From: Sphingomonas sp.
GTDB lineage: Bacteria; Pseudomonadota; Alphaproteobacteria; Sphingomonadales; Sphingomonadaceae
Length of the DNA stretch: 64,000 nt
Direction of reading: 5' to 3'
Assembly: GCA_035575755.1 (NCBI GenBank)
Contig: DATLXI010000018.1
Location: 153,560 to 217,559 of the forward strand
Shown here: piece by piece, positions 10,124 to 27,532 of the stretch
How positions within the stretch are numbered: the stretch's first letter is position 1
Layout of the letters: each line of letters opens with the position of its first letter
Translations under genes and position numbers: made by a program
Notes under the pieces: generated by a model
The model's input: the letters and a program-made list of their open reading frames with translations, nothing else
What the model was told of the DNA's origin: nothing
Databases searched by the model: none

Positions 10124-10876
10124 CTAGCGCCGCCGCCGCGCCGTGCGCCGCCGTGGCGCACTCGTCTCATAATAGCTGGTGGTCGTCGTGGTGGTTGTCG
10201 TCACCGGCACCGACTGCACGATCACCGTCGTCGAGCCCGCCGGATACGCAACGCCGCTGGACGTGGTGACGGTCGTCATCCCGTCGGGCGAAACCCAGCT
10301 GCCACCGGGCGCGACGGTGTAGCTGCCTGGCGGCCGATCATCCCGGCGATAGGGCGGCAGCGGCGCAGAGTCGCGCGGACCGATCGCCGCGTAACCACCT
10401 GCATCGGCGCGATCCCAATCGATGTCGCTCTGCGTGTCGAAGACCGATCCGCGCGCGTCGATCAGCACGGCGTCGTCGTAATAGCGTGCCCAATTATACC
10501 CCTGCGGCGGTTGCGGCAGATGATAGGTCGCCCAGTCACCGACGTAAAAGCGCGGGGCATTCCAATAGCCCGGCACCGCAAAGCCACGATACGGCCGGCG
10601 GTATCCAGCCAAGCTCCCGGGCGCGTTGGCGCCGCCCGACCAGCGGCCACCTACCTTGTCACCCCAACGCGGTTGACGGTGCGGTCCCGCCTGCCGTGTC
10701 GGCACGTGAACAACGGGAAGATTCGCCGCGATCGGACCCGGCCGGCGAGGGTTCTTCATCGGTGCCTGCATGGCCGCACCCGGCACGCCGTAGCTCGCAC
10801 CGGGCCGTTGCTGCGCGTCCGCTGCGCCGCCGCCGACCAGGGCGAGTCCCGCGCTCACGACTAAAAGGCCCCGCAT
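10124..10876 (-). CDS. RcnB-family periplasmic protein
   Basis: Signal peptide; YHLPQPPQGYNWARYYDDAVLID RcnB-like motif. Confidence 0.75.
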   Translation of the reverse strand: MRGLLVVSAGLALVGGGAADAQQRPGASYGVPGAAMQAPMKNPRRPGPIAANLPVVHVPTRQAGPHRQPRWGDKVGGRWSGGANAPGSLAGYRRPYRGFAVPGYWNAPRFYVGDWATYHLPQPPQGYNWARYYDDAVLIDARGSVFDTQSDIDWDRADAGGYAAIGPRDSAPLPPYRRDDRPPGSYTVAPGGSWVSPDGMTTVTTSSGVAYPAGSTTVIVQSVPVTTTTTTTTSYYETSAPRRRTARRRR

Positions 10877-10987
10877 GTCCGTCTCCCTCGTTCCACCACC
10901 CGATCCCGCGCAAACGCAGGTCGTGTTAACGGGTTGCTTACCAAACCAGCGGGGCAGTCACCAGCAAGCGCACTGTCCCGAAACGGA

Positions 10988-11482
10988 TCAGCTGGACAGA
11001 CGCGCTCCAAGCAACGCCGCGAGCGCCTCGCACCCGGCGGCGTCCTCCGCATCGAACCGCGCGGGTTCGGGGCTGTCGAGATCGAGCACCGCGACCAGCG
11101 TGCCGTTCCTGGTCACCGGCACCACCAGCTCGGATCGGCTCGCGGCATCGCACGCGATATGGCCGGGGAACGCGTGCACGTCCTCGACCAGCTGCGTGGT
11201 CAGCGTCGCCGCCGCCGCGCCGCAGACGCCCTTGCCGACCGGAATGCGGATACACGCGACCTTGCCCTGGAACGGCCCGAGCACCAGTTCGCCCGAGTCC
11301 TCGGGCAGGACCCGGTAAAACCCCGCCCAGTTCAGATCGGGCAGATACTCCCACACCAGTGCCGCCGCATTCGCCATGTTCGCGATCGGATCACGCTCGT
11401 CCGCGGTCAGTGCATCGAGCGCGGCGAGCAGGTCGCGGTACAGGTCGGCCTTGCTGCCGGCGGAAATATCGAACTGGTACAT
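10988..11482 (-). CDS. msrC: GAF-domain free methionine-(R)-sulfoxide reductase
   Basis: NWAGFY, LGPFQGKVAC, GKGVCG, FPGHIACDAASRSE and LDLDS motifs. Confidence 0.85.
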   Translation of the reverse strand: MYQFDISAGSKADLYRDLLAALDALTADERDPIANMANAAALVWEYLPDLNWAGFYRVLPEDSGELVLGPFQGKVACIRIPVGKGVCGAAAATLTTQLVEDVHAFPGHIACDAASRSELVVPVTRNGTLVAVLDLDSPEPARFDAEDAAGCEALAALLGARLSS

Positions 11483-11627
11483 GTTGTCGTCCTTGATCGG
11501 CATCGCGCCGGCTGATCGCGGAGATAGGGGTTGGATGGCCGGAAAACAGGGTTTCGGAGGATGGGATCGAACAGGAGCCCGCAATACTCTATGAGCGTCA
11601 CCTCCCCATAACCGTCCTAAACCAACT

Positions 11628-11712
11628 CCGTCACCCCAGCGAAAGCTGGGGTATCATTGAGGAGCGGGCGGCGCACGCCACGGGGATACCCCAGCTTTCG
11701 CTGGGGTGACGG
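11628..11712. repeat. CGTC-type REP doublet
   Basis: CCGTCACCCCAGCGAAAGCTGGGGTATC ... GATACCCCAGCTTTCGCTGGGGTGACGG. Confidence 0.85.
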
Positions 11713-11800
11713 ACGTGGTTGGAGGGGGGGGACGAAACTGGGGCCGGGTGACGACCTTGGCCGGGAGCACGAGTGTGGCTGGGAACAACCCGCCCACCCC

Positions 11801-12226
11801 TCAATCGTCGCGGACCTTGCCGCGCCCGGCCTTGACCCCGCTCCGCACCTTCTTCGTATCGACTCGCCGCGCCTTCGCCGCCTTGGACGGCTTGGTCGCC
11901 CGCCTGGCCTTGGGGATGATCGTCGCTTCCTTGATCATCGCGACCAGCCGCTCGCGCACTTCCTGCCGGTTGAGCAGTTGCGACCGCGTACCCTCGCTGC
12001 GCAGCACCAGCACGCCGTCGCGCGTCAGGCGCGAGCCCGCCAGCACCGCGATCCGGTTCTTCACGGCCAGCGGCAGGCCCGGCGACAGGCCGACGTCGAA
12101 CCGGAGAATCACCGCGCTGTCGGTCGTGTTGACGTGCTGACCGCCGGGCCCGCCCGAGCGAGTCGTCGTTTCGATCAGTTCGCTGTCGTCGATCGAGATC
12201 GACCGGGTGATCGGGATCGCGACCAT
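11801..12226 (-). CDS. arfB: Alternative ribosome rescue factor B (peptidyl-tRNA hydrolase)
   Basis: RSGGPGGQHVN, RSQLLNR, basic tail RRATKPSKAAKARR. Confidence 0.92.
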   Translation of the reverse strand: MVAIPITRSISIDDSELIETTTRSGGPGGQHVNTTDSAVILRFDVGLSPGLPLAVKNRIAVLAGSRLTRDGVLVLRSEGTRSQLLNRQEVRERLVAMIKEATIIPKARRATKPSKAAKARRVDTKKVRSGVKAGRGKVRDD

Positions 12227-12247
12227 CAGCCCCTCCCTTCGACCCGC

Positions 12248-12964
12248 TCAGCCGTCGGCGGAGTCGGACGTCGCGGCATCGTCGACCGGCGCAGCGGCCG
12301 AGACCGGCGCAGCGTCATCCGCAAAGCCCGCCTTGGCGAACCGCTCGGGCAACGGCGCCTCGGCCACTACGTCGGCCTTGCCCGCGCGCGGCACGATCAG
12401 CTTCTGCGCGTGGAGCATCATGCCCAGCCCGTCCGCCTTGCCGTACACGCCGTCGCCGACCACCGGCGCACCGAGGCCACTGGCGGCATGCACGCGAATC
12501 TGGTGGGTCCGTCCCGTCTCGGGCAGAAACTCGACCAGCGAGCGACCGTCACGGATTTCCAGCACGCGCCACTTGGTCCGCGACTTCTTGCCGTCGGCAT
12601 CCTCGACCATCCGCCAGCCGGTCTCGGCCGTGCTGACCTTGCCGAGCGACATCTCGATCAGGCCCGACGTGCCCTCGACGACGCCGTCGAGCAGCGCGAT
12701 GTAGCGCTTCGAGACCAGCCCCTGTTCGAACGCCTGCTGCAACCGGGCATGCGCCTTGGGATTGCGCGACAGAAGAAGGCACCCGCTCGTATCGCGGTCG
12801 AGCCGGTGGACCGGTTTCGGCCAGCGCTGGAAGCCGAACTTCAGGCTTTCGAGATGATTTTCGAGGCTGAGCGAGCCATCGCGCGGCGGATCGACCGGCA
12901 ACCCCGCGGGTTTGTCGATTACCAGGGCCTCGCCGTCGAGGAAGAGTACGCGTTCACCATGCAT
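12248..12964 (-). CDS. RluA-family RNA pseudouridine synthase
   Basis: DKPAGL, HRLDRDTSG, TGRTHQIRVH, LHA motifs. Confidence 0.92.
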   Translation of the reverse strand: MHGERVLFLDGEALVIDKPAGLPVDPPRDGSLSLENHLESLKFGFQRWPKPVHRLDRDTSGCLLLSRNPKAHARLQQAFEQGLVSKRYIALLDGVVEGTSGLIEMSLGKVSTAETGWRMVEDADGKKSRTKWRVLEIRDGRSLVEFLPETGRTHQIRVHAASGLGAPVVGDGVYGKADGLGMMLHAQKLIVPRAGKADVVAEAPLPERFAKAGFADDAAPVSAAAPVDDAATSDSADG

Positions 12965-12993
12965 GTGCCGCCCTTGCCATCATAAGCGCTCGC

Positions 12994-13761
12994 ATGCCAG
13001 AGCCCGCAGCGATGTTGCACCGCGCCTTGATGCTAATCCCGTTCCTCGCGCCGACCGCCGCCGCGGCCCAATTGTGCGAGGGGCAAAGCGCCGCGATCGC
13101 CCCGGACGGTCGGGCGTTCGGGCATCTGCCCTACGGCGACGCGCCTGAAAACGAGCTCGTCACGCTGCCCGGCGAATATTCCGTCGGCAATCCCTGCGTC
13201 GTGCGCGCCGACGTGCTGCCCGATCTGCTCAGGCTGTTCGCCGCCGCGCAGGGCGATCCGTCGGTCATGGGTCAGTTGCGCGCGCTATCGTGCCACCGCT
13301 CGATTGCCCGTCAGCGCGATGTCTTCTGTCGCGGCGAGACAACGAGCGCGGCCGACCGTGCGATTTCGGTCGCGCCGCCGGGCTATAGCGAGCATTCGAC
13401 GGGCTACGCGCTCGACTTCGCGGTGCGCCCGGCCAATGGCTGCCCCGATGCGGAAGCCTGCATGGCCGCGACCCCCGCCGCGCGCTGGCTCCGCGCCAAC
13501 GCGCCTCGCTTCGGGTTCGAACAGAGTTTTCCCGGTGGCAACAAGCAGCACGTCAAATGGGAACCGTGGCACTGGCGCTGGGTCTCGGCCAAATCGACTG
13601 CACCGGGTGCGGCCCGGGCGCGCTTCGTGTTCGCACGCGCACGATCTTCCTATCCCGCGAACCCGGCCGTCATGCCGCTCGTCCTCAAGTTCGTCGCACA
13701 GCCACCCCTGCCGACAGTGAGCGCCCCGCTCCCTACAAAAACCAAGAAGCGGCGACGCTAG
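12994..13761 (+). CDS. M15B (VanY-like) D,D-carboxypeptidase
   Basis: APPGYSEHSTGYALD and EPWHWRW motifs; signal peptide. Start may be a few codons downstream. Confidence 0.85.
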   Translation: MPEPAAMLHRALMLIPFLAPTAAAAQLCEGQSAAIAPDGRAFGHLPYGDAPENELVTLPGEYSVGNPCVVRADVLPDLLRLFAAAQGDPSVMGQLRALSCHRSIARQRDVFCRGETTSAADRAISVAPPGYSEHSTGYALDFAVRPANGCPDAEACMAATPAARWLRANAPRFGFEQSFPGGNKQHVKWEPWHWRWVSAKSTAPGAARARFVFARARSSYPANPAVMPLVLKFVAQPPLPTVSAPLPTKTKKRRR

Positions 13762-13767
13762 TCCGCC

Positions 13768-14232
13768 TCAGTGAAGGACCAGGCTACCGGGTTGCATCAC
13801 GCCGTCCTGCAGGGCGTTGTCGTACAGCAATTCCGTCTCGAGCTTTACCTGCTCCGACAGCCGGTTCATCATCGACTCGGCCTGGATCCCAAACAAGGTC
13901 CAGTCGCTTGGCTGGATTACCGGCAGCCAGCGCCCGATGAACGCCTTCCAGTCGGACCGGAGGATATCGAGATCCTCTTCCATCATCGCGATCGTGTCGG
14001 GCGAACAATGCGCTTCCATCGCGACGACGGTGCGGTCGATCACCTCGTCTTCCACCCCGAGATGATCGGCGACCGTCACCGCCAGCTCGATCAGCTTGCG
14101 TGAAGCCAACCCACTCTCGGCACTCGTCTTTCTGGAAAGCGCCGCCAATATCGCACACTGTTCCGCGATACGGTCATGATCGCCGATCAATCGCGCCCAA
14201 TTCGCGCGGTCTTGGTCCGATACTGTTCTCAT
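13768..14232 (-). CDS. Hemerythrin-like four-helix protein
   Basis: DHDRI, HLGVEDEVI and ETELLY patterns; some His ligands replaced. Confidence 0.6.
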   Translation of the reverse strand: MRTVSDQDRANWARLIGDHDRIAEQCAILAALSRKTSAESGLASRKLIELAVTVADHLGVEDEVIDRTVVAMEAHCSPDTIAMMEEDLDILRSDWKAFIGRWLPVIQPSDWTLFGIQAESMMNRLSEQVKLETELLYDNALQDGVMQPGSLVLH

Positions 14233-14382
14233 GTCTCTGTCCCGCCTCGTCCTTACACAATATACGATCGAAACCCTTTCGGAGATGCGCTGACTGGAAC
14301 CTGCGCCCCGGCCCTCGATCATTTTCGGCGTTCAAACAGCGGGATGACAACCACGCGCGATGACTAATAGGCCACGCTCCCG

Positions 14383-14411
14383 TTGACATGCCGTCGCCTC
14401 GCACCTAAATC
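14383..14411 (+). promoter_or_regulatory. Sigma70-type promoter of rpoB
   Basis: TTGACA at 14383-14388 and CCTAAATC at 14404-14411, resembling the alphaproteobacterial GCTANAWC -10. Confidence 0.6.
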
Positions 14412-14452
14412 CGCCTCTCGCCACAGCATCCGGGAAATGACAGGCCTTCGCG

Positions 14453-14525
14453 CAGCGTGTCGATCGTATTGGATACCGAGGTTTCATACGCTGAAAGCCG
14501 CCGCACCCGATGCGCGCGGCCTTTT
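14453..14525 (+). promoter_or_regulatory. Tandem-hairpin attenuator-like element in the rpoB leader
   Basis: CAGCGT/ACGCTG stem, AAA, GCCGCCGCA/TGCGCGCGGC stem, then CTTTTG. Confidence 0.45.
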
Positions 14526-14626
14526 GTCGTTAACGTGCGTCTCGTTTGGGGGTTCCCAGACACGAATTTACGGCCGACGCGTCAGCTTTGTGCTGACCCG
14601 TCAGTTTTATAGGGCGAATTAAACCT

Positions 14627-18808
<4,182 letters not shown>

Positions 18809-18819
18809 GCGAAGATTTG

Positions 18820-18890
18820 GCTAGCGTAGCTCAATCGGCCTGAGCACCGGTCACAACCGGAGGATGCAGGTTCGAGTCCTGTCGCTAGCC
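18820..18890 (+). ncRNA. tRNA-like cloverleaf (pseudo-tRNA / tRNA mimic) between rpoB and rpoC
   Basis: GCTAGCG TA GCTC AATCGGCCT GAGC A CCGGT CACA ACCGG AGGAT GCAGG TTCGAGT CCTGT CGCTAGC C. All four stems pair; anticodon loop is only 4 nt; no NCCA after the stem. Confidence 0.8.
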
Positions 18891-18933
18891 AACCTCTTCC
18901 AAATTGATTTCATCCTCCCAAGAGGAAGCAAAT

Positions 18934-23220
<4,287 letters not shown>

Positions 23221-23257
23221 TCAGGCCGGGGTCATCGCACCCCCAGCTATTGGCGTT

Positions 23258-23300
23258 GAAAGGCCGCCGTCCGGGACACCGGGCGGCGGCCTTTCTCGTT
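23258..23300 (+). terminator. Intrinsic terminator after rpoC
   Basis: GAAAGGCCGCCGTCCGG-GACA-CCGGGCGGCGGCCTTTC followed by TCGTTT. Confidence 0.8.
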
Positions 23301-23460
23301 TCGGCGACCGTGCGGGCTCGATCGGCCCGACCGGCTTTGCAATGTTCCCGCAATGAAACTGTCGTAGCGCCGAGACACGGACCGACCTGCGCACCGCCGG
23401 ACGTTGCCGGCTAAAAGGGTCTGCCAAAAGGGGCCGGCCAAAAGGGAACACCCGGAGCGC

Positions 23461-24744
23461 ATGCAAAAGATCGTTCTCGCCACGATCGGATCGCTCGGCG
23501 ACCTCCATCCCTTCATCGCCATCGGTCTCGCGCTGAAAGCCCGCGGGTTCGAGGTCGTGCTGGCGGTCCCGGCGGATCATGTCGGCAAGGTCGAGGCGGC
23601 TGGGTTGACCGGCGTACCTATCGTCGGCGGGTTCGATACGCTGGCGACCACGCTCGACCTGTCACCAGAACAGGCTGCGCGCCGCATCATGGCGGACCAG
23701 ACCTATCTGATGAACAGGATCCTGATGCCCTGGCTGGCGGACAGCACGACCGCGCTGGATGCCGCGATGGAGGGCGCGGTGGCGCTGGTCGCGTCGCTGT
23801 TCGTGTTCGCCGCGCCGATCGTCGCGGAAAAGCGCGGCGTACCGCTCGTCAACGTCCTACTGCAACCGATGGCGACCTTCTCCGCTTACGCTCCCCCTGC
23901 CACGCCCGATTTCTGGATGATGATTCCTGCCCCTGCCGGCGCGCTCGGTCGGGCGTGGAACGGGTCGGTGTACCGGCTCATGCGCGGCGTCCTGCGCCAC
24001 CGCCATGCGCGTCCCGTCGATGCGGTTCGCGTCGCGCATGGCCTGCCGCGCTCCCGCCAGGCGCTGTTGCTGGAGACGCCCGCGGCGACCGCGCTGACCT
24101 TGTGCTGCTATTCCCCGACGATCGCGCCGCCGCAGCCCGACCTGCCCGCCATCGCGCGCGTCACCGGCTTCGCGATGTTCGACAGCGATACCGGCGCGCC
24201 CGATGCGCTCGACCCGGCCCTGGAAGCCTTCCTAGCCGCAGGTCCGCCCCCGATCGTCTTCACGCTGGGCTCCTTCGCCACGTTCGCCCCCGGCGACTTC
24301 TACGCGACCGCCGCGACAACCGCCCGGATGCTCGGTAAGCGCGCGGTCCTACTCACCGGCAACGATGTCGGATCGGCGCCCGTCGAAGACGTCCATGTCT
24401 GCCGCTACGCCCCGCACTCGCTTCTGTTCCCGCAAGCGCTGGCGATTGTCCATCACGGTGGCGCGGGCTCGACCGGCCAGGCGCTGCGTGCCGGGAAGCC
24501 GCAGCTCGTGGTGCCGCACATGGGCGACCAGCACGACAATGGCCGTCGCATCGAACGGATCGGTGTCGGCAAAACGCTGTCCTCGAAACGCTTCACCGTC
24601 GCCCGAGCCCGCACCACGATCACCGCGATCCTGACCGATCGCATCGCCGCAACGGCCACGCAGATCGGCGCGCAGGTCCCGCAGGAGAACGGCGCCGACA
24701 CCGCCGCCGACCAGATCGCCGCGTTGCTCATCCGCCGCGGCTGA
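23461..24744 (+). CDS. GT1-family UDP-glycosyltransferase (RhlB/sterol glucosyltransferase-like)
   Basis: GSLGDLHPF N-terminus; YAPHSLLFP..VHHGGAGST..G.PQLVVP..DQ signature. Confidence 0.88.
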   Translation: MQKIVLATIGSLGDLHPFIAIGLALKARGFEVVLAVPADHVGKVEAAGLTGVPIVGGFDTLATTLDLSPEQAARRIMADQTYLMNRILMPWLADSTTALDAAMEGAVALVASLFVFAAPIVAEKRGVPLVNVLLQPMATFSAYAPPATPDFWMMIPAPAGALGRAWNGSVYRLMRGVLRHRHARPVDAVRVAHGLPRSRQALLLETPAATALTLCCYSPTIAPPQPDLPAIARVTGFAMFDSDTGAPDALDPALEAFLAAGPPPIVFTLGSFATFAPGDFYATAATTARMLGKRAVLLTGNDVGSAPVEDVHVCRYAPHSLLFPQALAIVHHGGAGSTGQALRAGKPQLVVPHMGDQHDNGRRIERIGVGKTLSSKRFTVARARTTITAILTDRIAATATQIGAQVPQENGADTAADQIAALLIRRG

Positions 24745-24822
24745 CCCGACGCGCGCCTTACGGCAAAGATCGTCGACGCCGGGCGTTGCGGTAAGGCGTT
24801 GGCGGGTCTAGGCGATTCGCCG

Positions 24823-25608
24823 ATGCGGTCGGCGTACCATCCTTCGTCGAACGAGACGCCCGGCGCGACGCGCCGGCGCAGCACCGCGTTCATCCTGACC
24901 GTCATCGCGCACGTCCTGATCCTCCTGTTGCTGTTGCGGCTGGCGCCAACCGCGGTCGTCAAGCCGGAGGAACGCCGCGATCCGGTGACGTTCCAGCTGG
25001 CCCCCGACCAGACCACGCCGACGCCCGCCAAGCGCACGCCCTCGCCGACCAAGCAGAAGCGCGCGAGCGGTGGTTCGCCGCAACGCGCGGCCCCCCGCGC
25101 CGAGTCCGCCCAGGCGCCTCCTGCCCCGCCGAAGTCGCCGCCGCCCCCGCCGATCAAGATGCTGGGCGGAATGGAGATGTTCGACGCAGCCGACATCTCC
25201 AAGATGCCGTCGCACCCCGACGACCGGCTTGCCGGCGGCGATGGTGGCAGCGGTTCGGGCAAGGGCAAGGACAGCGGTTCGGTCTATGGTCCCGGCGAAG
25301 GTCCTGGCGGCGAACGGCTGTACAAGGTCGAATGGTATCGCCGCCCGACCGACGCGGAACTCAACGGCTATCTGAAGAGCGCGCCGCCGCCCAACAGCTG
25401 GGCGAAGATCGCGTGCCGGATGATCGAGAATTACCAGGTCGAGAATTGCCGCGCGCTCAGCGAATCGCCCGTCGGATCGGGGCTCGCCCGGGCGATGCGG
25501 CAGGCGGCGTGGCAGTTCCGCGTTCGGCCACCGCGGGTCGGCGGCAAGCAAATCCTGGGCGGCTGGGTCGAGATCGATATCGAGTTCAACGGCGGCAGCG
25601 CGCCCTAG
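24823..25608 (+). CDS. TonB-like protein (TM anchor, Pro-rich linker, TonB C-terminal-like domain)
   Basis: AFILTVIAHVLILLLL anchor with His, Pro-rich linker, C-terminal SESPVGSGLARAMRQAAWQFRVRPPRVGG. Confidence 0.65.
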   Translation: MRSAYHPSSNETPGATRRRSTAFILTVIAHVLILLLLLRLAPTAVVKPEERRDPVTFQLAPDQTTPTPAKRTPSPTKQKRASGGSPQRAAPRAESAQAPPAPPKSPPPPPIKMLGGMEMFDAADISKMPSHPDDRLAGGDGGSGSGKGKDSGSVYGPGEGPGGERLYKVEWYRRPTDAELNGYLKSAPPPNSWAKIACRMIENYQVENCRALSESPVGSGLARAMRQAAWQFRVRPPRVGGKQILGGWVEIDIEFNGGSAP

Positions 25609-25620
25609 ACTGCGGCGGGC

Positions 25621-26391
25621 CTAAACCGCGCTGGTGATCGAATGCTTGGCCTCGGGCGAGAGCGTCCGCGCGAGCGTGACGAAACGCCCCCCCTCGACCC
25701 GAATCTCGTTGAACGCCGGCGGACTTCCGCGCGTCCGCTTGGACAACGTCCCCGCACCGATCATCCGGATCATCCGGCCGTCGCGGTCGATCGGGACATC
25801 GAACGGGTCGTGGACATGGCCGGACAGCACCGCATGCGCGCCCGCCTCCGCCAGCGCGGTCAACGCCTCGTCGCCGTGGCGGGTCTTGGCAGTCCCGGTC
25901 GTCCCGCCTTCGATCAGCGGGTGATGTGCGCCGACGAAGATCAAATTCCCCTTCGGCACGTCCTCGATCAAAGCGAGCGCGCGTTTCAGCGAGCCCGAAC
26001 TCACCCGCCCCTTCGACCAGTTCCAGCGCCACTGCGCGCGCGCGGTCGTCTTGAGTGGGATGACCGTCACGCCCGCCAGTTCCAGCGGCCGCTCGATCAT
26101 CTGCTCGACCGCGGCATAGCGCTGGTACGGCGCGAAGATCCGCCGGAAGGGGTCCCAATAATAGGGAATGTCGTGATTGCCGACTTCGAGCGTCACCGGC
26201 ACGCCCAGCGACCGCAACCAGTCGCCGCCGCGCTGGAACTCGTCCTTGGTCGCACGCATCGTCAAGTCGCCGGTCATGATCACGGCATCCGGCTTCTCGT
26301 CGGCGACGCGTTCCGAGAACCACGCGATCGCCGCCGGATCTTCGGCCCCGAAATGCACGTCGCTGACATGGAACAGCTTCAAGCTGGCCAC
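25621..26391 (-). CDS. Calcineurin-like metallophosphoesterase
   Basis: SDVHFG, TGDLT, GNHD, HHP and SGHVH motifs; GTG start with AGGAG SD. Confidence 0.88.
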   Translation of the reverse strand: MASLKLFHVSDVHFGAEDPAAIAWFSERVADEKPDAVIMTGDLTMRATKDEFQRGGDWLRSLGVPVTLEVGNHDIPYYWDPFRRIFAPYQRYAAVEQMIERPLELAGVTVIPLKTTARAQWRWNWSKGRVSSGSLKRALALIEDVPKGNLIFVGAHHPLIEGGTTGTAKTRHGDEALTALAEAGAHAVLSGHVHDPFDVPIDRDGRMIRMIGAGTLSKRTRGSPPAFNEIRVEGGRFVTLARTLSPEAKHSITSAV

Positions 26392-26407
26392 CGCTCCTGC
26401 GCCGACC

Positions 26408-27502
26408 TCAGGCAAGGTCGGACAGCGCTGCTGGCTGGTGCAGCGGGCATCCGTTGAAACTGCCCCGGAAACCCGCCGACTGGTCGTAGGTTTCCTTGCG
26501 GACCCGGTTGATGCCGCCGAGCGGCTGATGCGCGGCGATCCCGTGCCACACGCTGTAGGACAGCGCATCGTCGGTCCGGTCGCTGCTGCCGGGCTCCCAC
26601 GACAACTGTGGCGGGATCTCCAGCGTGGCGACCGTCACGAACGGGCTGGCGGCCTCATCCCACACGACCGAGGCATCCTCGATCGGCATCGCGTCGAGGT
26701 CGGTATTGAGCTGCACGCGCAACTCCCAGGTCCCGCCATGCTCGACCATTTCCTCGCGAACCGCCTCGCGCAGCGCATCCGGGCGGGCGGTGATATCGAC
26801 AAGGTCGCCGGTCAGGCGGGTAAGCCCGGGCGAAACCGGGAACAGCGCGACCTTGGCGATATAGTCGCCATAGCGAAGCGGCGTCTGCGAATAATAGGTT
26901 TCGCCCAGCGGATGCACGGGCGGAGCACCGCCCAGCGTCTTGAGCGTGGCCGACTCGCCGCCGACCGCCTCGAGCGCGGACTCTACGACGCGGAACGTTG
27001 CGGACATCGCCTTCTTGACGCCTTCGAACCGATCGGTGGTCTTGGTCAGCAACTTCAGGTTCTTGGCGAACGCCTTCGCGTCGCGCGCCGAGAAAGCCGG
27101 CCCGTTGACCATGATAAAATCCTGCGTCGTGTCGCCTTCCGACCCCGGCAGCCGGTCGCCGGCGACATCGAGGATCTTCAACGCAAGTCCGCGTGGCAGG
27201 CTGACGCTGTCGTCGAGGATATCCCCGGCATTGGTCGAAATCCGGATCACGGCTTCGTGGCGGCGGGCGGTGGCGAAGATCCCCTGCGCCAGTTCGGCGG
27301 GCAACCCGTCGGCGATCGTGATCGACCCACGCGCGATGCCGTGCGCCTTGGCATGGACAGCGCGGACCGCGTGGCCATAGTCCTGCGACGTCGTCTCGAG
27401 GATCTCGCGGAACGAATCCTTCAAGCCTTGGACCGTCTCCTGCTCATCGGGCGCGATCGTTTCCACCGAGGGATCGAAGCGGACAGGCTGGGTATCGGGC
27501 AT
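26408..27502 (-). CDS. Catalase-related heme protein (short catalase family)
   Basis: RAVHAKAHG distal His, PRGLALK, QDFIMVN, PLGGINRVRKETY proximal Tyr region. Confidence 0.85.
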   Translation of the reverse strand: MPDTQPVRFDPSVETIAPDEQETVQGLKDSFREILETTSQDYGHAVRAVHAKAHGIARGSITIADGLPAELAQGIFATARRHEAVIRISTNAGDILDDSVSLPRGLALKILDVAGDRLPGSEGDTTQDFIMVNGPAFSARDAKAFAKNLKLLTKTTDRFEGVKKAMSATFRVVESALEAVGGESATLKTLGGAPPVHPLGETYYSQTPLRYGDYIAKVALFPVSPGLTRLTGDLVDITARPDALREAVREEMVEHGGTWELRVQLNTDLDAMPIEDASVVWDEAASPFVTVATLEIPPQLSWEPGSSDRTDDALSYSVWHGIAAHQPLGGINRVRKETYDQSAGFRGSFNGCPLHQPAALSDLA

Positions 27503-27532
27503 TTGGGGGTATCTCCACGTGGTACCGATCCT

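Noticed and set aside
10178-10201. Poly-Thr tract in the RcnB protein as a phase-variable repeat
   Set aside because: Encoded by mixed ACG/ACA/ACC codons, not a perfect simple repeat.
10926-10941. CtrA-like site upstream of the RcnB gene
   Set aside because: TTAA-N8-TTAC has the wrong spacing; only a half site.
14322-14347. FliA-like promoter (GCCGAAAA) upstream of the hemerythrin-like gene
   Set aside because: The -35 match (TCAT) and 14-nt spacing are poor.
18820-18890. Calling the rpoB-rpoC cloverleaf a functional tRNA-Val(CAC), Cys(ACA) or Sec(TCA)
   Set aside because: The anticodon arm is 14 nt instead of 17, so no 7-nt loop with a 5-bp stem is possible. There is no NCCA and no long Sec-type arms.
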